A stretch of 41,522 nt of DNA, from NCBI GenBank assembly GCA_038321985.1, contig JBBQFN010000044.1, positions 1 to 41,522 of the forward strand, in the 5' to 3' direction. This document shows positions 1 through 9,791 of the stretch, one piece after another. The translations under genes were made by a program, and so were the position numbers. Source of the DNA: Cyanophyceae cyanobacterium (GTDB lineage Bacteria; Cyanobacteriota; Cyanobacteriia; Cyanobacteriales; Laspinemataceae). The stretch's first letter is position 1. Each line of letters begins with the position of its first letter. Under the pieces are notes generated by a model. The model worked only from the letters and a program-made list of their open reading frames with translations, did no database searches and had not been told where the DNA came from.

Positions 1-40
1 ATAAACGGAGAAGGGTGCAACTACCTTGACCTATCCGTAA

Positions 41-955
<915 letters not shown>

Positions 956-1070
956 GTCGCATCGGGCTTTCTCCCATTCAACCTCTTCTGAATGGGTTCA
1001 GAATGCCCTATGCTCCTCATCCATCAGTCTGCTCCTAATTAATACGGATTTTGGCTAAAATCTCCTTTAA

Positions 1071-1088
1071 CGCCCCTGTAAAGGGGCG
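1071..1088. terminator. GC-rich hairpin downstream of hetR
   Basis: CGCCCCT-GTAA-AGGGGCG between the convergent hetR and cysW; no clear U-tract on the + strand. Confidence 0.4.
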
Positions 1089-1165
1089 AACTATAGGGGA
1101 TTGATTAGAAAAAATTTTCCCGTTGGGCGGAAGGTCCCAAAGTTTTCAAAGCCGGGTTTTAAATA

Positions 1166-1212
1166 CTAATCCCAGTTCCCAGGCGATCGCCTGGAACTAC
1201 CGCCGGGATTAG
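1166..1212. repeat. HIP1-centred long imperfect palindrome, possible terminator for cysW
   Basis: Perfect 16-bp palindrome CCAGGCGATCGCCTGG (1179-1194) with outer arms CTAATCCC...GGGATTAG, ending 10 bp from the cysW stop. Confidence 0.6.
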
Positions 1213-1222
1213 GAGAGCCGCT

Positions 1223-2080
1223 TTACCTCGAAGTTCCCTGTTGACGTTCTAAAATTTCTTTTAAAATTAAAGAAACAAATCCCAGGCAGGCTAATAGTGC
1301 CGCAGCGGAAAAAGCCGACTGGGTTTGATACTGCTTATAGGCTTCCTCGACAAATAACGGTAAAGTTTGGGTTTTACTGATAATATTTCCTGAAACCACC
1401 GCTACCGCACCAAATTCACCCATTGCTCGGGCATTGGTCAAAATTACCCCATACATCAGTCCCCAGCGAATATTGGGCAGTGTAATCCGCCAGAAAATTT
1501 GCCAATCATTTGCTCCTAAAGTTTTCGCCGCTTCTTCTTGTTCCGGCCCTGTTTCTTCTAAGACAGGAATCACCGCACGAGCGACAAAGGGTAGGGTTAT
1601 AAATAAAGTGGCAATAACTATTCCAGGCAGGGCAAAAATAATTTGAATGTTGGCAGATTGAAGGAGAGGACCAAACCATCCATTTCGTCCATAAAGCAGG
1701 ACAATCATTAATCCAGCAACAACGGGTGAAATGGAAAAGGGCAAATCGATAATGCTCACAATTAGGGAGCGCCCGGGGACTTTATTGCGAGCGATCGCCC
1801 AAGCTGCACATAGCCCAAATATTGTATTAATCGGCAGCACGATCGCCGCTATGATTGCCGTTAGTTGGAGGGCGTGTAAAAATTCGGGTTCCATGAAATT
1901 GGTAAAAAAGGGCCCCACCCCCTTTCTAAAGGCTTGATAAAATACATTTAATGCCGGAATGAATAAAACTAAGCCTAAATAGATGACCGAGATGCCAATT
2001 GCAATATTTTTTCTCCAATTATTCGGTTTTAGGGGAGTTTCAGCAGTCTTTTCCCGGGAATCTTTTTTTCGGTTAAGCAT
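1223..2080 (-). CDS. cysW: Sulfate ABC transporter permease CysW
   Basis: IIDLPFSISPVVAGL, EAA loop EQEEAAKTLGA, ARAMGEFGAV. Likely ATG at 2080 overlapping the cysT stop; the ORF extends to 2116. Confidence 0.93.
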   Translation of the reverse strand: MLNRKKDSREKTAETPLKPNNWRKNIAIGISVIYLGLVLFIPALNVFYQAFRKGVGPFFTNFMEPEFLHALQLTAIIAAIVLPINTIFGLCAAWAIARNKVPGRSLIVSIIDLPFSISPVVAGLMIVLLYGRNGWFGPLLQSANIQIIFALPGIVIATLFITLPFVARAVIPVLEETGPEQEEAAKTLGANDWQIFWRITLPNIRWGLMYGVILTNARAMGEFGAVAVVSGNIISKTQTLPLFVEEAYKQYQTQSAFSAAALLACLGFVSLILKEILERQQGTSR

Positions 2081-2927
2081 AGCGTCGTCCCCAATATTGG
2101 AGGAGATTAATTGCAAATAAAATCAATAGCGATACCGCCAGAAGGACTGTTCCAATCACAGTCGCTCCATAATAATCGTACTGCTCTAACCTTTGAAAGA
2201 TTAATACCGGCGCGATTAGATCTTGAAAGGGAATATTAGACGCTACAATTACAATTGAGCCATATTCTCCCACGGCCCTGGAAAAACCCAAAGCGATTCC
2301 AATTAAAATCGGAGAAATTAATTGAGGAATAATAATTCGCCAAAAGGTTTGACTCGAAGATGCACCTAAACTCCACGCAGCTTGTTCTACTTCAGGTTCT
2401 AATTCCCGCAATACAGGTTGTACCGTTCGCACTACAAAGGGAAGGGAGATAAACAGCATGGCAATCCCTACCCCTAAACGGGTAAATGCGATTTTGATAC
2501 CAAAGGGAGCCAATAGAGAACCAATCCAGCCACTTTCACTGTAAACCGTAGCGATCGTCAAACCGGCAACAGCCGTGGGCAAAGCAAAAGGCAAGTCAAT
2601 AGCCGCATCAACAAGACGTTTTAGGGGAAAGTCATAGCGTACTAATACCCAAGCAATTAAAGTGCCAAATACCCCATTAATCAGAGCTGTAATCAAGGCT
2701 GTAACGAAGGTAACATCATAGGCCGACATCGCCACAGGACTGGTAGCAATCTTCCAAAATTCGCTGAAGTCTTTGGTAGCCGACATCAACAATAAAGCGC
2801 TCATGGGCAGCAATAACATTAGGGTTAAGTAGCCGATGGTGATGCGCCAGGGCCACGATAAATTCCATAAACCACCGGGCGATCGCTTTAAACTCCCACC
2901 GGCGCGAGGGGAAGAGGAAATAGCCAT
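2073..2927 (-). CDS. cysT: Sulfate ABC transporter permease CysT
   Basis: DLPFALPTAVAGL, LPFVVRTVQPVL, FSRAVGEYGS, LEQYDY motifs. Confidence 0.95.
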   Translation of the reverse strand: MAISSSPRAGGSLKRSPGGLWNLSWPWRITIGYLTLMLLLPMSALLLMSATKDFSEFWKIATSPVAMSAYDVTFVTALITALINGVFGTLIAWVLVRYDFPLKRLVDAAIDLPFALPTAVAGLTIATVYSESGWIGSLLAPFGIKIAFTRLGVGIAMLFISLPFVVRTVQPVLRELEPEVEQAAWSLGASSSQTFWRIIIPQLISPILIGIALGFSRAVGEYGSIVIVASNIPFQDLIAPVLIFQRLEQYDYYGATVIGTVLLAVSLLILFAINLLQYWGRRYA

Positions 2928-3020
2928 AAAATGAAGTTGAAAAATAATGAAGAACTAGGATAAAACCACTAACAAAGCCAATCGGCTATTCAAAGAAAAT
3001 TCACGGACCCACGAGGCTCG

Positions 3021-4046
3021 TCAGACTACGGAAGAAGTAAGCGGAAATGTTTTAGCTTCTCGTGGTTTAATGTAAACATATTGTTTAGGTTGCAACTGAA
3101 GTTCATCAAACCGCTCTCGGCTTAATTGAGCGGTTACAAGTGGTCCAGAGTTTAGCTTCAACTCTAGTTGAATTTCCCATCCTAAATTAACAATACGGAT
3201 TACTTCTGCGGAAACAAAACCGGAATCCGGTTGAGTTTGAATTAACAAATCATGAGGACGTAAAAATATTTTTTCAGTCGTCGATGTTGCTTGATAATTC
3301 GGGAAGAGCCCGGCATCACCCGGCAGCACATTAACCGGACCGATAAAACTCATAACAAAGGCGCTTGCCGGTTGATCATAAATTTCGCTGGGTGAACCAA
3401 TTTGTTCTACCCGCGAGTTATTCATCACAACAATTTCATCAGCGACTTCCATCGCTTCTTCTTGGTCATGGGTAACAAAGACTGTTGTGACATGAACTTC
3501 GTCATGTAACTGCCGCAACCAGGCCCGCAGTTCTTTCCGGACTTTCGCATCTAATGCACCAAAGGGTTCATCGAGTAGTAAAACTTTTGGTTGTGCAGCT
3601 AGTGCTCGGGCTAAGGCAATGCGCTGTCGTTGACCACCAGAAATTTGAGCAGGATAACGATCGCCTAATCCCTGCAACTGAACCAACTCTAACAACTCTT
3701 CAACTCGTTGCCGAATTTGGGGTTTCGGTACCTTGCGGATCTCTAGGGGAAATGCAATATTTTTCCGTATTGTCATGTGCTTAAATAGAGCGTAATGCTG
3801 AAACACAAATCCAATATTTCGCTCCTGCACGGGTACTTGTGTCGCATCTTCTCCCGTTAAGTAAATCTGACCGCTATCCGGTGGTTCTAGCCCAGCAATT
3901 AGTCGGAGGAGGGTAGATTTGCCTGAACCAGAGGGTCCTAACAGCGCCACTAGGGAGCCGCTGTTAATGTTTAACGTCACGTGATCCACAGCAAGAAACG
4001 AGCCAAAGTATTTAGAAACGTCCTGAACTAATATGCCCATAGCCAC
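3021..4046 (-). CDS. cysA: Sulfate/thiosulfate ABC transporter ATPase CysA
   Basis: Walker [46 protein letters not shown]-terminal TOBE-like region. Confidence 0.95.
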   Translation of the reverse strand: MAMGILVQDVSKYFGSFLAVDHVTLNINSGSLVALLGPSGSGKSTLLRLIAGLEPPDSGQIYLTGEDATQVPVQERNIGFVFQHYALFKHMTIRKNIAFPLEIRKVPKPQIRQRVEELLELVQLQGLGDRYPAQISGGQRQRIALARALAAQPKVLLLDEPFGALDAKVRKELRAWLRQLHDEVHVTTVFVTHDQEEAMEVADEIVVMNNSRVEQIGSPSEIYDQPASAFVMSFIGPVNVLPGDAGLFPNYQATSTTEKIFLRPHDLLIQTQPDSGFVSAEVIRIVNLGWEIQLELKLNSGPLVTAQLSRERFDELQLQPKQYVYIKPREAKTFPLTSSVV

Positions 4047-4404
4047 CTTTTAGAGATGAATAATTACCAATTTTGATAATTAGAAATTTTAATTTTATAG
4101 AAAAATTCCATTCTCTAATTATTAAAAATATCCTGAATTATCATACCATTTATAATGAATTTTATGCTTACTAGGTACAATAAACACCAAAGTGTCTAAG
4201 AAAAAATAGAAATTAATTCTGAAAAAAGACGTAACCACTAGATACCCTCTCCGTTAGATTTCTCACTCGCAAAAACTTGTTTTAATTTTTTTACAATATT
4301 ACCTCATTTAAAAGTACCCTAATTTTTGAATAACTTGCACTGCTTTTCATGAAATTTTCCAAACATTTTTTTAGGGGTAAGCGCAGTATTTTCCTAAGAC
4401 TCAG

Positions 4405-5469
4405 TTAATTACGCGATAAATTGGCTTGAATTTCGTCAAAGATAGCACCTTCCTCAAAAAACTCCTGTTGTACAGAATCCCATCCACCCAGGTCTTCAAC
4501 AGTAAACAGAGTTTGGATAGCCGGGAATCGATCGCCCTCTTCACTTTCCACTATGGGATTTACAGCTCGAAACCCATATTTAGCAAAGATTTTTTGAGCT
4601 GGTGGAGTAAATAAATAGCGCACGAATGCTTCTGCTAACTCTCGATTTCCGTGTTGCTCAACATTGCGATCGACGACTGCTACAGCATTTTCGATCGCAA
4701 TATTCACGTCTGGTACTTGGTAAGACAGCGGGCGATCGTTGAGTTCAGCTAAAATCATCTCGTTTTCATAGTTGATCAAAACATCTCCCTGTCCCTGGAC
4801 AACAAAGGCATCGGTTGCTTCTCGGGAATCCTTCGATAAAACAACTGCATTTTCAAAAACTTGGCGTGTGAATCTCAGCGCATCTGCGGTAGTGCCTCCG
4901 GTTTGAGTTATTGCACCCCACAGGGCCAGAAAATTCCACCTTGCACCCCCGGACGTTTTTGGGTTGGCAAGAACGACCTGCACCCCATCTTTTGCCAAAT
5001 CTCCCCAATTTTGAATGCCTTTGGGATTATTGGGTCGGGTAGCGATTGTCGCGACAGAACGGGTAACGATCGCATTATTGGGGGCTTCAGTTTCCCACCC
5101 TGGGTCAATCAATCCAGCTTTTTCTAGTTGGTGGATATCCAATGCCAGGGCCAAGGCGACCACATCGGCATCAAGCCCGTCTAGAACTGTACGGGTTTGG
5201 GAACCGGAGGGTCCATAGCTTTGACGGATGATTGCCTTTTGATTGTGTTCCCGATTCCAGATCTCTATAAATTGAGGCAGGATTTCCTGATATGCCGAAG
5301 GAGTCACCATGTAGGAAACAAGGGTCAGTTCGACGGACTTGGAGTTGCCAATATTGCCGCCACAGGCTGCGATCGCCACACTCAGACTCACTCCCAAGCA
5401 AAAAATAGACGCCCAGCGTGTTAACCAATTTCGGGACAAAAAGTGAAAGCGACTCATTTTAGAATTCAA
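4405..5469 (-). CDS. sbp: Sulfate-binding periplasmic lipoprotein, second (diverged) paralogue
   Basis: Lipobox IAAC, ADVVALALALD, NPKTSGGARWNFLALWG, GDVLINYENE. Confidence 0.9.
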   Translation of the reverse strand: MNSKMSRFHFLSRNWLTRWASIFCLGVSLSVAIAACGGNIGNSKSVELTLVSYMVTPSAYQEILPQFIEIWNREHNQKAIIRQSYGPSGSQTRTVLDGLDADVVALALALDIHQLEKAGLIDPGWETEAPNNAIVTRSVATIATRPNNPKGIQNWGDLAKDGVQVVLANPKTSGGARWNFLALWGAITQTGGTTADALRFTRQVFENAVVLSKDSREATDAFVVQGQGDVLINYENEMILAELNDRPLSYQVPDVNIAIENAVAVVDRNVEQHGNRELAEAFVRYLFTPPAQKIFAKYGFRAVNPIVESEEGDRFPAIQTLFTVEDLGGWDSVQQEFFEEGAIFDEIQANLSRN

Positions 5470-5486
5470 GATGTTAGAGCGATGAT

Positions 5487-5631
5487 TACAGCAATTTTCA
5501 TATTCAGGAGGTACGTGTATTCGATCCCCCCCTAGCCCTCCTTTTTTAAGGGGAGGACCTGGAAAGTCCCCCTTAAAAAGGGGGACTTAGTTCGATACTT
5601 AATGTACTTCACGAGGCCCAAAAACGCTATA
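5487..5631. mobile_element. MITE-like element with imperfect 28-bp inverted ends and a double-hairpin core
   Basis: Left end TACAGCAATTTTCATATTCAGGAGGTAC (5487-5514) matches the reverse complement of the right end GTACTTCACGAGGCCCAAAAACGCTATA (5604-5631) at 17/28 positions. Internal hairpins at 5537-5556 and 5564-5588 (AAGTCCCCCTT-AAA-AAGGGGGACTT). Confidence 0.6.
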
Positions 5632-5772
5632 GTCAGGACTTAAAAACCACCATATCAGTGATTTACCAGAAATAGGCGTGCTTGCGGCAGGCTTGCAGCA
5701 AATTCTCCTAAGAAATAGAAAATCAAATAAAGGGTTGGACCTGAAATTTTCTCAGTTGATTAACCCAAATAT

Positions 5773-6924
5773 TTATCGGTTCAGTTTATTGAGTATTTTA
5801 TCAAAAATAGCATCATCTACAAAAAATTTGGTTTGCACAGCATCCCATCCGCCTAGATCAGCAATGGTAAATAATGTTTTGATCGGCGGGTATTGAGTTG
5901 CAAATTCAGTCGCAACCATCGGATCTACAGGCCGAAATCCAACTTTAGCAAATTCCCGTTGTGCTTCCGGGGTAAATAAATACTGAACGAAGGCTTCCGC
6001 AACTTCACGAGTACCATGTTTATCGACGTTAGCATCAACTACCGCAATCGGATTATCAATGGAAATGTTAACTTCGGGAACTACATAATCAACATCTTGA
6101 CCGTTTTGTTCAGCCAAAATCACTTCATTTTCGTAATTGATCAAAACATCACCTTGACCTTGTTTGAAAAAGACATCACTAGATTCACGAGCATCTCTGG
6201 GAAGAACAGGGACATTTTGGAAAACTTTAGTAGTAAATTGTTCGGCATTGGCCTCATTACCTCCAGTCTGGGTAATTGCCCCCCATAACCCTAAGAAATT
6301 CCACCTTGCACCCCCAGAGGTTTTTGGGTTAGCTGTGATAACTTTTACTCCGTCTTTGGTTAAATCTTCCCAAGAATTAATCCCTTTGGGATTGCCTGTA
6401 CGGGTGACTAAAGCGGCAACGGATTTATGAACAATTCCATTATTGGGTATTTCTTGTTCCCATCCCGGTTGGATGAGTCCCGCTTTTTCAATTTGTTGGG
6501 TATCTAAAGCTAAGGCTAAGGCGACAACATCGGCTTCTAACCCATCAATGACCGATCGAGTTTGGGAACCGGATCCACCGTAGCTTTCGGTAAAGGTTAC
6601 GTCTTGGTTGTGTTGTTCTTTCCACTGTTGTGCAAACTTCGGAATGATGTTTTCGTAGGCAGTGCGAGTGACTGCGTAGGAAACGAGGGTCAGTTGGACT
6701 TGATCGCGATCGCCCCCTGCATTACCTCCACAAGCGGCGATCCCTACACTCAGACTCACTCCCACTACAAATAAAGAGATGGCTTTTTGGATCCGCCGGT
6801 ATCTGCCTGTGCTACTGAGTAGTTCTCTACACCATTGAATCAGGGCCGCTAAGTTACGAGCCCACCATAGATTGATTCCCAATCGGGATGTTTTTACGTC
6901 ACTCAGGGGTTGCCAAGGTTTCAT
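5773..6924 (-). CDS. sbpA: Sulfate-binding periplasmic lipoprotein SbpA
   Basis: Lipobox IAAC, VSYAVT, SYGGSGSQTR, NPKTSGGARWNF, LPRDARES, LINYENE. Confidence 0.94.
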   Translation of the reverse strand: MKPWQPLSDVKTSRLGINLWWARNLAALIQWCRELLSSTGRYRRIQKAISLFVVGVSLSVGIAACGGNAGGDRDQVQLTLVSYAVTRTAYENIIPKFAQQWKEQHNQDVTFTESYGGSGSQTRSVIDGLEADVVALALALDTQQIEKAGLIQPGWEQEIPNNGIVHKSVAALVTRTGNPKGINSWEDLTKDGVKVITANPKTSGGARWNFLGLWGAITQTGGNEANAEQFTTKVFQNVPVLPRDARESSDVFFKQGQGDVLINYENEVILAEQNGQDVDYVVPEVNISIDNPIAVVDANVDKHGTREVAEAFVQYLFTPEAQREFAKVGFRPVDPMVATEFATQYPPIKTLFTIADLGGWDAVQTKFFVDDAIFDKILNKLNR

Positions 6925-6940
6925 TAGAACTTTCCTCTTG

Positions 6941-6965
6941 AATCTACGGTAAGTTGGTCGGGATG
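6941..6965. promoter_or_regulatory. Candidate sulfur-responsive operator upstream of sbpA
   Basis: AATCTACGGTAAGTTGGTCGGGATG, a 25-bp pseudo-symmetric site (ATC...AA-N-TT...GAT) starting 17 bp upstream of the sbpA ATG; resembles Rrf2-family (CymR/IscR-like) boxes. Confidence 0.35.
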
Positions 6966-7201
6966 CGAGAGTTTATTTAGTATGATTCATGAATCTACAG
7001 GGAAAACTAAAAAAAAGCAAGCATTTTTGGAAAATTGTTCTAGCCTCAGAAAATTGGAGGAGATAAGGTTGCTAAATTCAAAATTTTTGTAATGTTTTGC
7101 AAAAAACAAGTTGTTAATATGTAATTAATTGGGATGAGAAGAGCTAAAACTCCTTTCCCGTAAGGAATCTACAAAAAGTTGAAAAATTTTTAACAAACCT
7201 C

Positions 7202-7231
7202 TTGCCTTTTCTTGATGCCTTGTGCTACATT
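7202..7231 (+). promoter_or_regulatory. Sigma70-type promoter of tRNA-Val
   Basis: TTGCCT-N18-TACATT with an extended -10 TG, ending 16 bp before the tRNA. Confidence 0.55.
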
Positions 7232-7247
7232 AAGGAACTGTTGGGAA

Positions 7248-7321
7248 GGACGCATAGCTCAGTTGGTTAGAGCACCACGTTGACATCGTGGGGGTCACTG
7301 GTTCGAGTCCAGTTGTGTCCA
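7248..7321 (+). tRNA. trnV: tRNA-Val (anticodon GAC)
   Basis: Acceptor GGACGCA/TGTGTCC, D arm TAGCTCAGTTGGTTAGAGC, anticodon arm CCACG-TTGACAT-CGTGG, T arm ACTGG-TTCGAGT-CCAGT; CCA not encoded. Confidence 0.97.
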
Positions 7322-7537
7322 TTCAAAAGATTTATCATAGAACTAAGCCGAGCCATTGGAGAATTGGGATTCTCCGGGTGTTCTGTTTTCGCTTAGAGGA
7401 AAAGCTAGGATGGGATGGGTTTCTCTACCCTATATCAATCTTTCTGAGCAACAATGAAAGGGCAAGAGCCGGTGGAATTGTAGAGACGGCGCTCAGGGGG
7501 AGTAGGATATTGTTACTTGACGGGCTTTCCCCACTAT

Positions 7538-7718
7538 AATAGCGTTTTCCAGTCCAGTCAGGTACAGAGACGATGGTTAGGATATGTATGGACTTTGGAG
7601 TGCGAGCATCTTGTTCCCTATTGTTTCAAGCGAGTAAGATGTTTGTACACCACGCACAGGCTCCGCAAACGCACTCCAAAAGAAAAAATGTACCTCATAC
7701 CTGTGAAAAAAAGCTATA
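7538..7718. mobile_element. Second MITE-like element with related inverted ends and a different palindromic core
   Basis: Left end AATAGCGTTTTCCAGTCCAGTCAGGTAC (7538-7565); right end GTACCTCATACCTGTGAAAAAAAGCTATA (7690-7718). Internal stems TTTGGAGTGCG/CGCACTCCAAA (7594-7604/7670-7680) and GAGCATCTTGTTC/GAGTAAGATGTTT (7604-7616/7632-7644). Confidence 0.6.
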
Positions 7719-7925
7719 TAAGCGGCGGTTGGTCTCGTGGCGATCGCAGTGGCACCCAGTTTTTCTGGATAGATCTGCTTAATTTTTAGAATTGTCCGGG
7801 GTTAACTCGATTCCCTAACCCCATCTAGAATTGCTTAATAGGATTAACAGCGGTAAACCTCGCTATGTCGCTTGCTATTATCTCAAATTCTCCCTATTTT
7901 TTTAAGTTAATACTAATGATAGAGT

Positions 7926-7960
7926 TCCCATAAAAAAATTTTATTATTTTTTTTATGGGA
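7926..7960. repeat. 13-bp AT-rich inverted repeat
   Basis: TCCCATAAAAAAA-N9-TTTTTTTATGGGA. Confidence 0.6.
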
Positions 7961-8530
7961 TTGTTGACGTAGATAATTAAGAGACAACCTTTAAGAATAT
8001 CTTTTGGCACCTTCGGCGGGAATAAAATTTTTTAAATTTAAAATTATAATGGGTCAGGTATCTGCCGGTGGTCCGGCAAAAATTTTAAATTAAAATTAGC
8101 GCAAATTAAATTAAATAAATTTAATAGCTGGCAAAACCCTCTATTTCAAAAAAAGCGAGTATTGTATTGTAAAATAAAGAAACTTCAAAACTAAAAAAAT
8201 CCAAAAAATGGGCAAAATTTCTCTGGAAAAATAATTTTAGGAATAACGGGATGATAGTTAACCCCTGATCCATCGCCCATCATCAATAGTGCCAGATAAC
8301 GGCTATTTTGGAGAGAGGAATGAGGCGGTTGGTTCCCAAAGAGGCGTTCTCCACTTTTGCCCAGTAGATAAGCCCAAGGAATGCATGGAGAATTGCCCAT
8401 ACCTAACCGGGCAACCCGCCCTACTCCAAGTAAAGAAAGGTGTGAAAGTTGATAAAAGATGAACTTTTCAAAAAAAAAGAGTATCTTCTTGATCACGAAC
8501 AATAAGAATATAGAGGATCGGACCCTGAAT

Positions 8531-9559
8531 ATGAAATTATCTTGGCGCTGGTTTTTACTCTCAAGCTTAATTACTTTAGCCGTTGCGATCGCCCTCCAGG
8601 ATCAAACGCAAGTGGCCCATTCACAAATCCAGCCCCCATCGACCGAAATACCGACCCAGCGATCGGGACCCACCTTTATTTTAGATAGAACCTTGGAAGG
8701 ACATACGAGTTGGGTGGGGTCACTAAAATTTAGTCCTGATGGTAGCATCCTAGCCAGTGGCAGTCGAGATAACACTATCAATCTTTGGAATTGGGCGAAT
8801 GGGGAATTGATTCGCACCCTATTTGGACATTCTGGGGATGTAAATTCCCTCTCCTTTAGTCCTGATGGGCAGAGTTTAGCCAGTGGCAGTAATGATCACA
8901 CGGTCAAGTTGTGGAATGTGAATGCAGGGATTTTGACGGGGACTCGATTAGGTCATACCTATGGGGTTCATGGCGTCACCTTCACCCCGGATGGACAAAC
9001 CCTTGCTTCTGCCAGTGCCGATCGCACAGTCAAACTTTGGGATATCAGCACTGAACGAGAAAAGCGGACTCTAAAGTGGCATTCCAGCTTTGTTTGGACA
9101 GTGGCGGTCAGTCCCGATGGCAATACCCTGGTGAGTGGGGGATATGATAACACAGTCAGGTTTTGGAGAATGCCTAATGGTAAAAGATGGCGTTCCATTG
9201 AGGGGCATTCTAGTCCGATTACTGCGATCGCCTTTAGTCCTGATGGTCAGACTCTTGCCAGCGCTAGTGCCGATCTGACTATCAAATTATGGGATGTCAA
9301 CACAGGGTCTTTAAAAAGTACCTTAACGGGTCATGCAGATTGGGTCTTAGCAGTAGCATTTAGTCCCGATGGTCAGACTTTAGCCAGTGGCAGTGCCGAT
9401 GGCACCCTGCGCCTATGGAATGTAGAAAATGGATCCCTCAGAACTCTCTTTAACAATCATCGAGGGCGAGTTCTCTCAGTTGCTTTTAGTCCTGATGGAC
9501 AAACCCTTGCCAGTGCTAGTGCGGACCAAACTATTAAAATTTGGCGAGCTTCTCAATAA
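8531..9559 (+). CDS. Secreted or membrane-anchored WD40-repeat protein (7 blades)
   Basis: Seven GH...W[DNR] repeats with (F/V)(S/T)PDG turns; N-terminal hydrophobic signal-like segment MKLSWRWFLLSSLITLAVAIA from ATG 8531 (ORF track starts at 8459). Confidence 0.9.
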   Translation: MKLSWRWFLLSSLITLAVAIALQDQTQVAHSQIQPPSTEIPTQRSGPTFILDRTLEGHTSWVGSLKFSPDGSILASGSRDNTINLWNWANGELIRTLFGHSGDVNSLSFSPDGQSLASGSNDHTVKLWNVNAGILTGTRLGHTYGVHGVTFTPDGQTLASASADRTVKLWDISTEREKRTLKWHSSFVWTVAVSPDGNTLVSGGYDNTVRFWRMPNGKRWRSIEGHSSPITAIAFSPDGQTLASASADLTIKLWDVNTGSLKSTLTGHADWVLAVAFSPDGQTLASGSADGTLRLWNVENGSLRTLFNNHRGRVLSVAFSPDGQTLASASADQTIKIWRASQ

Positions 9560-9791
9560 ATAAGAGCAATTGGTAAATGGGAAGCCGGGATGTTTTTTCC
9601 AGATGGGTAACGCTTAAATTTTTCCCTCAATAGCAGAAAAATTTATGCCTGTATGAATTATATCTTCAAGGAAAAAATATCTCGGTTTTTATAGAAATAA
9701 CAAGAAATTTTTGAAAAAGTCTATAAGTCAAGATGAGGTGAACGTTTCTAACTATTAAATCAAAAGTTATTTCAGGAAAAGGATAGAGAAA

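Noticed and set aside
956..1222. PatS/PatX-like RGSGR peptide near hetR
   Set aside because: I found no RGSGR-coding frame here by eye; the RGSR in ORF 7288-7539 is not the motif.
7086..7103. HLR1 (RpaB) site upstream of sbpA
   Set aside because: Two mismatches in very AT-rich DNA; not distinguishable from chance.
7517..7540. TTGACG...TATAAT apparent consensus promoter
   Set aside because: The spacer is only 12 bp, incompatible with sigma70 geometry.
7288..7789. ORFs 7288-7539, 7517-7789 and 7573-7782
   Set aside because: They overlap the tRNA or the palindromic element and show no protein motif or RBS; best explained as chance frames.
8191..8502. 103-aa minus-strand ORF
   Set aside because: Phe/Lys-rich AT-biased translation with no motif, overlapping the WD40 upstream region.
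8690..9550. Recurring TTTAGTCC(T/C)GATGG units as a CRISPR-like array
   Set aside because: They are the FSPDG codons of WD40 repeats at ~126-bp period within an ORF.
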